From positions 627,262 to 691,261 of the forward strand of contig JBAZXH010000001.1 in the NCBI GenBank assembly GCA_041659945.1: a stretch of 64,000 nucleotides of DNA. Direction: 5' to 3'. The notes under the pieces are model-generated. The model was given only the letters and a program-made list of their open reading frames with translations, made no database searches and was not told the DNA's origin. The position numbers were made by a program, and so were the translations under genes. This document shows positions 17,008-26,010 of the stretch, piece by piece. The DNA comes from Candidatus Pacearchaeota archaeon (GTDB lineage Archaea; Nanobdellota; Nanobdellia; Pacearchaeales; GW2011-AR1). Within the stretch, counting starts at the first letter, position 1, and each line of letters begins with the position of its first letter.

Positions 17008-18813
17008 TTAAAAAATGATTTCAAAGTCACCTAATTCTTTTCTTAGAATATCAAAAACTTTATTGTTTGTTTTTACTTGAACTTTACCTTTTTGTTCAGC
17101 AACTGCTTTGTTTAGTTCTTCTATTGTTGAGTTTTCTAGTTTAGAAGTTATTTTTTTAATTATTAAACCTTGAATTAGAAAAGCACCATCCTCTGTGAAC
17201 ATTACTTCAGCTCTTTGCTTTTCTTTTTCACTTCCGTAAATAATTTGCATTCTTGATTTGTCAATTGCAACTAGATCACATCTTTGACCATAGTCAATTA
17301 GATGATTAATCAGGATTGTGGCATCTTTTCTTGCATTTTCAACATCGTTTTTATTAACTTTCCCTTTTTTAAATTCTTCAATTGCTTTTTCAACATCTTT
17401 TAAGATTGTTAACATTTTAAGAGGCATTTTTCCTTTTTTAACTAGTTCTTTATTAAATATTTCAATCAACTCTTTTCTAGATTTTTTACCAAAAAGATTT
17501 TCCAAAAGTGTGAAAACATCTTTTTCTATTTCTCCAATTGTTTTTCTTTGACTTATCTTTTCAATTTGTTCTCTTAATTTTTTCATTCGGTTTATGTAAT
17601 CTGTTGTGTCCTTTACTAGCTTGTCAACTGTTACGCCATCTATTTCGTTTATTTTGCCATGCTCATAATCTTTGTATATTTTGATTATATTGTCAAGGAT
17701 GTCTGCGTATTTCTTTTCAAGAACTTTTTCTTCAATAACAAAGGTTTTTTTGAAAATTTCAGCTGTATCTTTTGGTACAGGCGGAGGTAGACCGTATAGC
17801 ATTAGCAATGCCTGTGAGGGAGTTATTACACCCCAATAAATGTCTCCAACAACAATGTCTAGTAATCTTCTTTGAGCTGTTTTTTCTACCTTGTCTCCCA
17901 TTGACATAAACATATCAATTGCTTCTGGGGAAGGTTTTATTTTTCCCATTTTCAAAAGAAGTTTCCAAGGTATGAATGTTCCTCTATCATATAACGGAAT
18001 TCCGTCTCTGATAAAAGTAAACATAACTGGATGAGCATCTTTAACAGATTCCCAGAAATCAGTTAAAAGATAGATTTGAGGTTCTAGTTTATTTTTTGCT
18101 CCGGCAATTTCAGCTGCAGTTGTAAGATACTGGTAGATAATACTTCGTAATTTTTCTCTTAACTCTAAACGAGGCATTCTTTTAACATCTGTGTCATCTA
18201 TGATTATGAAAACATCAACATCACTTGTTTTTGTTGCTGTGCCCCTTACTACTGAACCCGCAATAACATAACTGCTAACATATTTTTCAAATTTTTTCAT
18301 AACTAAATTTTTATGGACTTCGGCAACTCTTAGAGCTCCCAAAAGGCCCTTATCAAATAAAGGATAGGACATGATTACTGCTGTACTCAGATCATATCTT
18401 GTGTCCATTAGAAAATTCCAAATATCAACTGGACTTATTACGTGAAACCATAACTTTGGTTTTGTTGTTTTTGTTTGTTCGGCTAATTCTTTTTTTATTT
18501 TTTGAGAATCTTTAAACTTTTCCTCAGGAATTATGACAACAATATGTTCTCTTTTATCATTTATTTCTGATTCTGGAATGTCTTCTTCTTCCTCAATTTT
18601 TGGAACAAATTGTGGAGCTATTAGACCTATTGCAATGGTAAATGGATATTTTTTCAGAATCATATCTTTTACTTTTTCAAGTTCATCTCTTTTCTTTTCC
18701 ATTTGCTTTTTTGCTTCTTCAGAAATCTCTGGCATTCCATCCTTTGAGATGTATTTCTTAACATTATTTATTTCTCCGCTAAGGCTTTTATCCTGGTTTT
18801 TTTGTTCTGCCAT
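17008..18813 (-). CDS. large nucleotidyltransferase-domain protein (NTase plus HEPN-like core with long charged extensions)
   Basis: AGSVVRGTATKTSDVDVFIIIDD NTase motif. The following ~170 aa align by eye with 4216..5064 (GKIKPSPEAI vs GRIKPTPESI). Confidence 0.65.
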   Translation of the reverse strand: MAEQKNQDKSLSGEINNVKKYISKDGMPEISEEAKKQMEKKRDELEKVKDMILKKYPFTIAIGLIAPQFVPKIEEEEDIPESEINDKREHIVVIIPEEKFKDSQKIKKELAEQTKTTKPKLWFHVISPVDIWNFLMDTRYDLSTAVIMSYPLFDKGLLGALRVAEVHKNLVMKKFEKYVSSYVIAGSVVRGTATKTSDVDVFIIIDDTDVKRMPRLELREKLRSIIYQYLTTAAEIAGAKNKLEPQIYLLTDFWESVKDAHPVMFTFIRDGIPLYDRGTFIPWKLLLKMGKIKPSPEAIDMFMSMGDKVEKTAQRRLLDIVVGDIYWGVITPSQALLMLYGLPPPVPKDTAEIFKKTFVIEEKVLEKKYADILDNIIKIYKDYEHGKINEIDGVTVDKLVKDTTDYINRMKKLREQIEKISQRKTIGEIEKDVFTLLENLFGKKSRKELIEIFNKELVKKGKMPLKMLTILKDVEKAIEEFKKGKVNKNDVENARKDATILINHLIDYGQRCDLVAIDKSRMQIIYGSEKEKQRAEVMFTEDGAFLIQGLIIKKITSKLENSTIEELNKAVAEQKGKVQVKTNNKVFDILRKELGDFEIIF

Positions 18814-18908
18814 TTTTGTTATTACTATATGTCCAGTAATTTAGACTTTATAAAACTAAGGATAAAATAGAGTTTATAAGGTTATTGGATTGAGAAAATT
18901 TCTTTTTA

Positions 18909-19106
18909 TTACATTCCTGTAGATTTTAGTAGACTATATACTAAAAATGCAGGCCATACAATTGCTTTTAAAATTCCTAGAACGCCCATCCAAAAACCTG
19001 TTGCGGTTGAAATATAATAAATTAATGCACCAATAAAACCTAATCCGTAAATTGCTCCACCGCAATGATGTCCACAGAATTTATGTTTCATCCATTTTTT
19101 ACTCAT
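18909..19106 (-). CDS. small membrane protein
   Basis: 65 aa with a CGHHCGG motif then two TM helices. Strong SD AGAGGAGGTG upstream. Confidence 0.5.
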   Translation of the reverse strand: MSKKWMKHKFCGHHCGGAIYGLGFIGALIYYISTATGFWMGVLGILKAIVWPAFLVYSLLKSTGM

Positions 19107-19180
19107 TCTTTTACACCTCCTCTAACTATTAATTGTTTTTCTCATATATAAAACTTTAGAAATTTAAAATAATTAAAATT

Positions 19181-19324
19181 TTACTTTCTTCTTGATTTTG
19201 TTGGTAAGAATCTTAGGAAATGAAGAAAATGAAGAAAGTTCAAATAATTCCAAGGGCTATAGACTCCTAAAAATCCTAAAAATCCTAGAAAACCTAAGAA
19301 ACCAAGATACTGTATTTTTTGCAT
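19181..19324 (-). CDS. candidate 47-aa hydrophobic repeat micropeptide
   Basis: Hand translation gives MQKIQYLGFLGFLGFLGFLGVYSPWNYLNFLHFLHFLRFLPTKSRRK. GAGGTGA lies 5 nt upstream of the ATG. It explains the 9-10 nt periodicity at 19266-19305. Confidence 0.35.
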   Translation of the reverse strand: MQKIQYLGFLGFLGFLGFLGVYSPWNYLNFLHFLHFLRFLPTKSRRK

Positions 19325-19389
19325 TTTTCACCTCTTAATTAATTTACATTAATTTTATATTTAAATCTTCTGATTTATGCAATTGCATA

Positions 19390-19460
19390 TGGCCCGTGGA
19401 GGAATCGGACCTCCGCCTTCTCGGTGTAAACGAGAGGGTCTACCATTAGCCTAACGGGCC
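19390..19460 (-). tRNA. tRNA-Val (UAC)
   Basis: The reverse complement folds as a cloverleaf. Acceptor GGCCCGT/ACGGGCC, anticodon stem TCTCG/CGAGA with loop TTTACAC, T arm GGAGG-TCCGATT-CCTCC, discriminator A. The D stem is imperfect. Confidence 0.85.
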
Positions 19461-19509
19461 ATTAATTAATTATAGGATTTTGGGTTAAAAAGGTTTCTAT
19501 TGTATGAAA

Positions 19510-19896
19510 TTAGTTTTTTCCGTGATCTTTTAATATTTCTGTTCTTTGTTTTAATCCGGGAATTTCTTTACCATCCATTATATGATCATACCAATCTCTT
19601 AGACTAATACCGGTTCCTTGTTGAAGGTTTGGTGGGAAAACGGTTGTAGAGTCTAGCATTTCTTCTACTGTTCTCTTACCTTCTTTAGAATTAAAATGAC
19701 ATTTATTCCAGTCTATTTCTTCGCTTTGAACTTCCATTTTACAGGGAGCATAGGCACAGGTAACTAATGAACATTGATTGCCACGAGAATCAACAAATAA
19801 TCTTTGGGATGAAACATAGTGCATTCCATAGAAAGGACATCTTGGTTCGGGTTTTAGAGCTAATTCCCCATGTATTATTATAAATGAACTTTCCAT
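19510..19896 (-). CDS. hypothetical Cys-rich protein
   Basis: Start set at the internal ATG (MESSF...). The longer track ORF would abut the tRNA-Gly 5' end at 19962/19963. Confidence 0.45.
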   Translation of the reverse strand: MESSFIIIHGELALKPEPRCPFYGMHYVSSQRLFVDSRGNQCSLVTCAYAPCKMEVQSEEIDWNKCHFNSKEGKRTVEEMLDSTTVFPPNLQQGTGISLRDWYDHIMDGKEIPGLKQRTEILKDHGKN

Positions 19897-19962
19897 TGAA
19901 TTTTCTAATTTGGTAGGTTTAATAATCTTTTTAAACACGCCTTTTATGTTATTATATAACAT

Positions 19963-20105
19963 GCGCTGGTAGTATAGTGGTTAGTATTCCTCGTTGCCAA
20001 GCGAAGGAAACCAAGGTTTCCTACCGCACTACCTTCCTTAAATGGAGGATAATTGCAGTAAAGTGCAAAGACGAGGAGACCCGGGTCCGACTCCCGGCTG
20101 GCGCA
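19963..20105 (+). tRNA. tRNA-Gly (GCC) with 71-nt intron at the canonical 37/38 position
   Basis: 5' exon is GCGCTGG-TA-GTAT-AGTGGTTA-GTAT-T-CCTCG-TTGCCA. 3' exon is A-CGAGG-AGAC-CCGGG-TCCGACT-CCCGG-CTGGCGC-A. Intron is 20000-20070. TTGC pairs with GCAA (20065-20068), flanked by 3-nt bulges CAA and AGA, as in a BHB motif. Confidence 0.8.
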
Positions 20106-20113
20106 TATTAAAC

Positions 20114-20842
20114 TTAAGGTAATATTGATACTTCAGTCCAGTATTTTAAATATTTTTTAATTAATTCTTCTATATCTTTATTATGCATTCTAACACAACC
20201 TCCACTTATTTTATGACCAATGCAATTGGGGTCGTTTGTTCCATGAATTGCCATTTGCAATCGGGGTTGTGGTGGGGTTGAATAAAATAATTCCTCAAAA
20301 GTTTTTCCTTCTATGAAACTTCTACTACTAGTATGTTGTTCACTAGATAATGTTGTTTTTTCAAAGGGCAATTTTTTTTGCTGAGCCATGAATTCAAAAA
20401 TTGCTCTCCATTTTTCTTCCATAAACCACTGCCAATCTCTTAAAACTTCTCCTGAATCTACCAGGTTTCTATAAGCTGTTAGATCTTCTAGTCGGGGATA
20501 TGTTAAAGCTATTATAGCTGAACCATATACTCCTGCGCCAGCATCTTCAAATGGATTACCTTGCTTGTGAGCAAGATAAAATGGGTAATACACTTGGTTT
20601 GAACGACTTATTAGTTTTGGATCTTTTTTTCCGTCTACTATATGGCTTACATTAAATTGGCCCTCCGGAGTTCTAAAGTCTTCTTCATAGAAGCGATTTT
20701 TTCCATCATCTCTTTCTCCAATAGCTATTGGAAAAGATCTACAAGGGGTTTTACCATCTAGTACTTTTAATGTGAATTCATGCTTAATGATTTCTATTCT
20801 ATGATCGACCATTTTCAATTTGGTGCTATTTAAAGAGATCAC
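20114..20842 (-). CDS. YkuD (L,D-transpeptidase catalytic) domain protein, no signal peptide, large insert
   Basis: N-terminal [15 protein letters not shown]...FPIAIGE...TPEGQFNV and C-terminal [29 protein letters not shown] match the YkuD HG...SxGC(I/V)R motif. An alternative start lies at 20812. Confidence 0.7.
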   Translation of the reverse strand: MISLNSTKLKMVDHRIEIIKHEFTLKVLDGKTPCRSFPIAIGERDDGKNRFYEEDFRTPEGQFNVSHIVDGKKDPKLISRSNQVYYPFYLAHKQGNPFEDAGAGVYGSAIIALTYPRLEDLTAYRNLVDSGEVLRDWQWFMEEKWRAIFEFMAQQKKLPFEKTTLSSEQHTSSRSFIEGKTFEELFYSTPPQPRLQMAIHGTNDPNCIGHKISGGCVRMHNKDIEELIKKYLKYWTEVSILP

Positions 20843-22433
20843 GATATTTTTCTTCGATATACCTTACATTAATTCCTTCATCTGGAGCTCCTCTTACTAG
20901 TCTACGTAGAGGTTTAACTCTATCTTTTTCGATTTCATAATCTGGGGACATTATTATCCATCCTTCTTTTTTAAGCCTAGCATAATCTGTATCTTTATGT
21001 GAGGCTACAAAAACTGTTGCTCTTGACTCTCTTAATTTTCTTAATATCATTTTGCCCATTACATGTCCAATTTCTGCGCCCGTTGAATCTAAAAATTCAT
21101 CTATAAAAATAGCATCTTTTTCTTTTGCTTGTCTAGCTATCTGATTAATTGCTCTAATTTCTGTTTCAAGTTTTCCAACACCTCCAGTATTTTGAGTGTT
21201 TCTATAGTAGTAGATTCTTTGATATGCTGGTAGTGTAACTGAATCTCCAAAAAGATCTACACCTAACTGTCCAAGAATAGAAGCTATGACAAGATTTTCA
21301 ATGAAAAAGCTTTTACTTCCACTATGTAGCCCAGCAATTAAAAATTTTCTTTCTCTTGAAGTTGTTTTAAAATCAATTGGTACATAACCTTCATCTTCAT
21401 CATACATTTGCCAGAAGTGCGTAGACATTAATTTTGGTGGAAAAAGTCTTCGAATATCGTAGTGGTCTCCAAATTTTGGAGTTGTTTGTGGAGGCATTAG
21501 ACAAATACCTCCCATTTCTTCCCTAATTGCTCTTTCAAGTTCTTCAGAACTACATTCATCAAGTCCCATTTCTCGTAGTTCTCTTTGTCCAAAAGCTTCC
21601 CTTGCTAAATTAAGATTATACCTTTGACATGCTTGTACAAATTTATCATAAAGGTCGTTTAATCTTAAAGGAAAAGCTATAGATTCAATGTTGCTTCTGA
21701 TATTTTCTTCTCCAGGTCTTACTCTTAGTTCTCCTTCAACATAATCAAATATTCTTCTTTTAAATCCAATACCTAATTCTTCTGCTATGTTAACGGCTTC
21801 TTCTTTAAGCTTTAATATTCCAGTACGATTAAGTCTATCAAGTACTGCAGAGATTGTTTTACTTTCAAACGAAGAAGTATCCAAAACCATGCCTTCTAAA
21901 GGCATTTTTGAAAGCATTCTCACTTGTCCGCCTGCAGTATCAATTGCAAATACACTTCCGCTTTCAATTGATTTTAATAACTCTAACATTCTTTTTAATT
22001 CTGAATCAAAACTATCTATTTTCGGAAGAATTTTTTGAACTTCTTCTATCCCTCTTAAACCTCCAAGGTCTGTTCTGGCTCTTTGAACTATTTCATAAAC
22101 AGCACTACAAAGATCAAGAAAACCTTCTTTAGATTGGTAGCTAGATGGAGCTCTAAATTGTTTTAAATAGGTGTCAAAAAATCTAGTTCTAAATCCTGGA
22201 GAATCAACTCTTCTGAAAAATTCTTGTCTTTCTCTAATATACCTTGGGTCAAAGCTAACCGCAACTGTTTTTTTTCCACTGCCTTTTTCTTCAATTTGTT
22301 TAAGAAGAGGTTCTCTGCTAAGAAGGTATTCAAGACTTAAAAGTATGGGTGTATCGGTTGTTGGAAATCCAATTAAGTTTACTCCTTCAGGATTGTGGGC
22401 AAAAATTTCTCCTATTGACCTAGTTCTAGTCAT
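20826..22433 (-). CDS. MutS-related ATPase (domain V-like) protein
   Basis: [28 protein letters not shown] is a degenerate Walker A (cf. GPNMGGKST...QIG). [15 protein letters not shown] resembles DE(L/I)GRGTS, and VFVASHKD resembles ATH. Confidence 0.65.
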   Translation of the reverse strand: MTRTRSIGEIFAHNPEGVNLIGFPTTDTPILLSLEYLLSREPLLKQIEEKGSGKKTVAVSFDPRYIRERQEFFRRVDSPGFRTRFFDTYLKQFRAPSSYQSKEGFLDLCSAVYEIVQRARTDLGGLRGIEEVQKILPKIDSFDSELKRMLELLKSIESGSVFAIDTAGGQVRMLSKMPLEGMVLDTSSFESKTISAVLDRLNRTGILKLKEEAVNIAEELGIGFKRRIFDYVEGELRVRPGEENIRSNIESIAFPLRLNDLYDKFVQACQRYNLNLAREAFGQRELREMGLDECSSEELERAIREEMGGICLMPPQTTPKFGDHYDIRRLFPPKLMSTHFWQMYDEDEGYVPIDFKTTSRERKFLIAGLHSGSKSFFIENLVIASILGQLGVDLFGDSVTLPAYQRIYYYRNTQNTGGVGKLETEIRAINQIARQAKEKDAIFIDEFLDSTGAEIGHVMGKMILRKLRESRATVFVASHKDTDYARLKKEGWIIMSPDYEIEKDRVKPLRRLVRGAPDEGINVRYIEEKYRDLFK

Positions 22434-22496
22434 TTACCTCTCTATTAAAAAGCAGTTAAAAAGATTTATATGTTGAAAATAAAACTGCTTTTAGAA

Positions 22497-22697
22497 TTAT
22501 AGTATTTTAGCATTTGAACGCTTTTGATAACACCTTGGGCAATATCCCGTTTCAATTATTGCTTGTTGCATTTCGGCGCTTTGAGCAATTAGATCATATA
22601 TTGTAATATCACTTAAATCTGGCCAAAGATTTCTGGCTTCTGATTCTTCTTCACAGATCATACATCTTAAAATTATTTCATATCCGTCAGAGTTCAT
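22497..22697 (-). CDS. small zinc-ribbon-like protein
   Basis: 66 aa with CMICEEE...CPRCYQ Cys pairs. Confidence 0.45.
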   Translation of the reverse strand: MNSDGYEIILRCMICEEESEARNLWPDLSDITIYDLIAQSAEMQQAIIETGYCPRCYQKRSNAKIL

Positions 22698-22770
22698 TTT
22701 GGTCGAGATTATAATCTAAGAATTATTGGGTTTATTAGATTATGGTTACTTTTCCTTTATTTTTAGATCT

Positions 22771-23370
22771 TTACTTACTCTTTTTTCCTTTAATTCTTCT
22801 AAGAGCTTCTCTAACTGTGTTTTCTGTTCTAACTGCTCTGCTGTCATGATATTGATTATTTAATGTGACTGCAATATCGTGATATTGTTGATTTTGATCA
22901 TCTCTCATTACCAATGTTAGAAGTAGTTCATCATCCATCCATGGAGTTCTTCCCCTGGATCTTGCACTTGCTCTTGCATTTTCACGATGATCTTTAGGAT
23001 CTAGTGATAAAAATCCTAACTTTTCATTTATTGTTCTTTTTGTACCATTGATTCTTGCATTTTTTCTGTTTCTTGCCGAGATTGTTGAATATTCTTCTAG
23101 AGGTATTAACCCCTTATAAGTTGGTCCGTTTATTGGATTATAATTTCCCTTTAGAGCATTTAACACTGCATTTTCGAGTACGCCCTGCGAAATGTTTTCT
23201 GGAAATATTCCTTTATATATTCCTGACATTGTAATTCCGTGAGCTATCATTCTGATACTTATTCCTGCTCGGTATGCACTTGATATTTCACGAGCTTTTT
23301 CTTGAATTGTTATTCCTAACCTTGTTGCATATCTTATTGAGCGAAATTGTTTATTTTTCTTTGTTGGCAT
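22771..23370 (-). CDS. hypothetical basic protein (possible HTH/Myb-like segments)
   Basis: 199-aa ORF. TPWMDDELLLTLVM...YHDIAVTLN is loosely SANT/Myb-like. Confidence 0.5.
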   Translation of the reverse strand: MPTKKNKQFRSIRYATRLGITIQEKAREISSAYRAGISIRMIAHGITMSGIYKGIFPENISQGVLENAVLNALKGNYNPINGPTYKGLIPLEEYSTISARNRKNARINGTKRTINEKLGFLSLDPKDHRENARASARSRGRTPWMDDELLLTLVMRDDQNQQYHDIAVTLNNQYHDSRAVRTENTVREALRRIKGKKSK

Positions 23371-23389
23371 TAAAATCTCTTTTTAGCAA

Positions 23390-23401
23390 GGTTTATAAAC
23401 C
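23390..23401. promoter_or_regulatory. palindromic TATA box shared by divergent leaderless genes
   Basis: GGTTTATAAACC is a perfect palindrome centred ~25.5 nt from the ATG at 23370 (minus strand) and ~28.5 nt from the ATG at 23424 (plus strand), in a 53-bp intergenic region. Confidence 0.45.
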
Positions 23402-23423
23402 TAGCGCTTAGAGTTTAGTTAAA

Positions 23424-23849
23424 ATGAAAGTTGATTTAACAAGAAAGGCCTATGAATCTAGATATGGAGAAAATCCTCTTTTTAGAGAGTTTGATGAAAC
23501 AGTTAGGACTATGGATGTTGAAGCAAAAGAGATTTTAGATGGATCGCTAGAGATGGATGTTGCAGGAGAGATTTTAATTTATGGAGTCTTAGCTAGAGAT
23601 CAGGTTGATGTAACAACTGCTGCAAAAGCAGCTGTAGCTTTTCCAAGTCCTATTCATTTTAATGGTTTTATTAACACTCAAGATTATTCTGATTGTTTGG
23701 TTACATATCAATTATTTAGACAAGGAGGGAAAAGCCCACTTGTTTCATTATTGCAAGTGGTTGAACAGTGTGATAAAAGAGGTATGCCAAAGAGTTTTTA
23801 TGAAGAAAGATGCCAAAAGTTTAGAGAGTTTGTTGAAGCAAAAGTGTAA
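23424..23849 (+). CDS. hypothetical protein
   Basis: 141-aa ORF with no motif recognised. Confidence 0.5.
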   Translation: MKVDLTRKAYESRYGENPLFREFDETVRTMDVEAKEILDGSLEMDVAGEILIYGVLARDQVDVTTAAKAAVAFPSPIHFNGFINTQDYSDCLVTYQLFRQGGKSPLVSLLQVVEQCDKRGMPKSFYEERCQKFREFVEAKV

Positions 23850-23852
23850 AGA

Positions 23853-24698
23853 CTAGGAAATTACTTTTGTTTCTGTTACATGTAATTCTTCTTTTAATTT
23901 TTCTTCTTCTAGAGCTAATTTTATTGCAGGTATGGCTCTTTTAGCAGCCATTCGTCCAATGTTAATAATTTCTTTGGCGTGTTGAAAATCAAATGTTCCT
24001 ACTTTAACATTTGGACGGATAACAATATCTGCTTGCCTTTCCTGTAGTCTTGAAAGTTCTCTTGTTTGAAAGTAGGATGCATAGTTGAGTACATTTATAA
24101 AATTAAAACTTTTTATTTTTTCACCCGGACTAGAGCCAACATTTACTGCAACTATCTTATGTTTTTTTGAGTATTTTTTTGCAACATCAACTGGTAGATT
24201 GTCTGTTACACCACCATCAACAAGAAGTGATTCTCCTTTTTGAAATGGTTTAAAAATTCCTGGAATTGATATGCTTGACCTTATGGCATCAAATAGTTCA
24301 CCCCGATCAAAAATTACCCTTCTTCCGTTAACAATATCAAAAGCAACTGCCACAAAGTGTTTTTTTAAATCTTCAATTTTTATTCCTTTAGTATATTCAC
24401 ATAATTTTGCATCTATTATCTTTGAATTAAACAAATGGGAAGCTGATGGTAGTGAAAATAATGATTTGAATATATCCCATTTTTTCATTTTTAGGAAAAA
24501 TTCTTTTGTTTCTTTTAGTTTTCCAGCACAGAACATTCCTCCAATCAGCGCTCCTGCACTTGTTCCAACAACTCTTTCTATTGGGATTCTATGTTCCTCT
24601 AAAACTTCTATTACTCCAATGTGTGCTAGACCTCTTGCTCCACCACCACCTAGTACAAGAGTTATTCCGCGTCTTTTTTTATGTTTTGTTTCAGTCAT
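23853..24698 (-). CDS. patatin-like phospholipase
   Basis: GGGGARGLAHIGV oxyanion motif, GTSAGALIG (GxSxG nucleophile) and VDGGVTDNLP (DGG catalytic Asp). Confidence 0.85.
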   Translation of the reverse strand: MTETKHKKRRGITLVLGGGGARGLAHIGVIEVLEEHRIPIERVVGTSAGALIGGMFCAGKLKETKEFFLKMKKWDIFKSLFSLPSASHLFNSKIIDAKLCEYTKGIKIEDLKKHFVAVAFDIVNGRRVIFDRGELFDAIRSSISIPGIFKPFQKGESLLVDGGVTDNLPVDVAKKYSKKHKIVAVNVGSSPGEKIKSFNFINVLNYASYFQTRELSRLQERQADIVIRPNVKVGTFDFQHAKEIINIGRMAAKRAIPAIKLALEEEKLKEELHVTETKVIS

Positions 24699-24993
24699 TT
24701 TACATTTTATGTATGGATTCTTTACTACTTAAAACCTTAAGATTTGTATTTACGCAATCTTCCTACTTCAGTTCGAGGGTATTAAATCAAATCTTGATGG
24801 TGCTCAAGAACCAGAATCGCAGGTTCTTGACATTAGGTATATTTACTTGTTTATTAATACTTGTGAAAAATCTCTAATTTCAAGATTGGAGTAAATTAGC
24901 TCGATTTTTCCCAGTTCTCCCAAAACATCACGCTTTATTGTGAATAAAACTCAGAGAGTTTTGTGATTTTTTTGTAAGAAAACTCACTAAGAA

Positions 24994-25584
24994 TTACATG
25001 CTGTCTCTACAGGCTTCGCAGAGATAACGACCATCTATTTTTGAGAGTAGATCATAGTTTCCGCATTCTTCACATGGAGCTTCATTGAAGATTCCACTCA
25101 TGGCTGACTTGCTTCTTTGTATTTTTTCACCCTCTTCTCTTATTTTTTCAAATTCTCTAGTTTCCTGAAAGATTGTTGGCATGAATTTAACCAGATCTTT
25201 TAGGGTTACATAGCCAATTAGACGATTGTTTGTAACAACCGGCATTCTTCTTAACTTCTTTTTATTCATCTTATCCAGAGCTTCACTTATGGTTGCTTCT
25301 GGGTGGATTATGTGAGCTTTTGAGGTGGCAACGTCTTTGGCTTGTATTTTATCGATTTCACCACCTTTTTTTGTTAGAGCCCAGATGATATCCTTTTCAG
25401 TTATGAGGCCTTTAAGTTGGTCTCCTTCTTTGAGAACCAAACTTCCCACACGACTTTTAGCCATTTTTTTAGCACAGTCTAAAATAGATGTCTCTGGTGA
25501 AACATATACAAAATTACGTGTCATAACATCACCTACTCTTATTTTGAGATGTTCTACATGCTCATTATTTTCTTGATTTTCCAT
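24994..25584 (-). CDS. CBS-domain pair protein with C-terminal zinc ribbon
   Basis: Two CBS repeats (VGDVMTRNFVYV...; VATSKAHIIHPEATI...RRMPVV) and CEECGN...CEAC at the C-terminus. Confidence 0.8.
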   Translation of the reverse strand: MENQENNEHVEHLKIRVGDVMTRNFVYVSPETSILDCAKKMAKSRVGSLVLKEGDQLKGLITEKDIIWALTKKGGEIDKIQAKDVATSKAHIIHPEATISEALDKMNKKKLRRMPVVTNNRLIGYVTLKDLVKFMPTIFQETREFEKIREEGEKIQRSKSAMSGIFNEAPCEECGNYDLLSKIDGRYLCEACRDSM

Positions 25585-25631
25585 GTTAAATTCAAGGGCT
25601 CGAAGTTTATATAGGTTTTGAAGCTCAAAAC

Positions 25632-25877
25632 CTATTGATTTAGTATCTCTTTTAATTTATAATAAAATTGTTCTATATCTTTAGAATCCCACAGAATTTC
25701 TAACTCTTTATTTTTAAATATCAAGGCTTTGCCTTTTTCACTTAAATTCCATCTGTATTCAATAACTCCATTATCTAGTTTTACAGGAATTAGATTAATA
25801 ACTGATAGCCCTTGCAATAGACAGAGAAATTTCCTAGTCTCTGTTTTCTTTCCATCTATGAACCATGTTGCAGTCAT
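25632..25877 (-). CDS. hypothetical small protein
   Basis: 81-aa ORF, possibly winged-helix-like. Weak call. Confidence 0.4.
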   Translation of the reverse strand: MTATWFIDGKKTETRKFLCLLQGLSVINLIPVKLDNGVIEYRWNLSEKGKALIFKNKELEILWDSKDIEQFYYKLKEILNQ

Positions 25878-26010
25878 ATTTTTTATAATAAAGTAGACTT
25901 AATAATCTTTCTTGTTTTATCAGTTGTATTTTTTTTAAAGCTGGAATTAGCTATTTTCTTTTTAATTCCACTATATAAAAGTTTAAAAATAAAAAATAGA
26001 TAATAATTTT

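Noticed and set aside
19266-19305. Short-period tandem repeat (CCTAAAAAT-like units) that at first looked like a mini-array or CRISPR fragment.
   Set aside because: The period is only 9-10 nt with no spacers. It is explained by the GFL-repeat coding frame on the minus strand. No CRISPR-like 25-40 nt repeat/spacer structure exists anywhere in the window.
20000-20070. C/D-box sRNA encoded in the tRNA-Gly intron, as is known for some archaeal tRNA-Trp introns.
   Set aside because: No C box (RUGAUGA) or D box (CUGA) motifs occur in the intron on either strand.
24720-24990. A fourth copy of repeat family 1 in the patatin upstream region.
   Set aside because: Only short patches align (CTTAAG...TTTG...CGCAA) and the overall order and spacing are poor. 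It is too weak to call without a statistical alignment.
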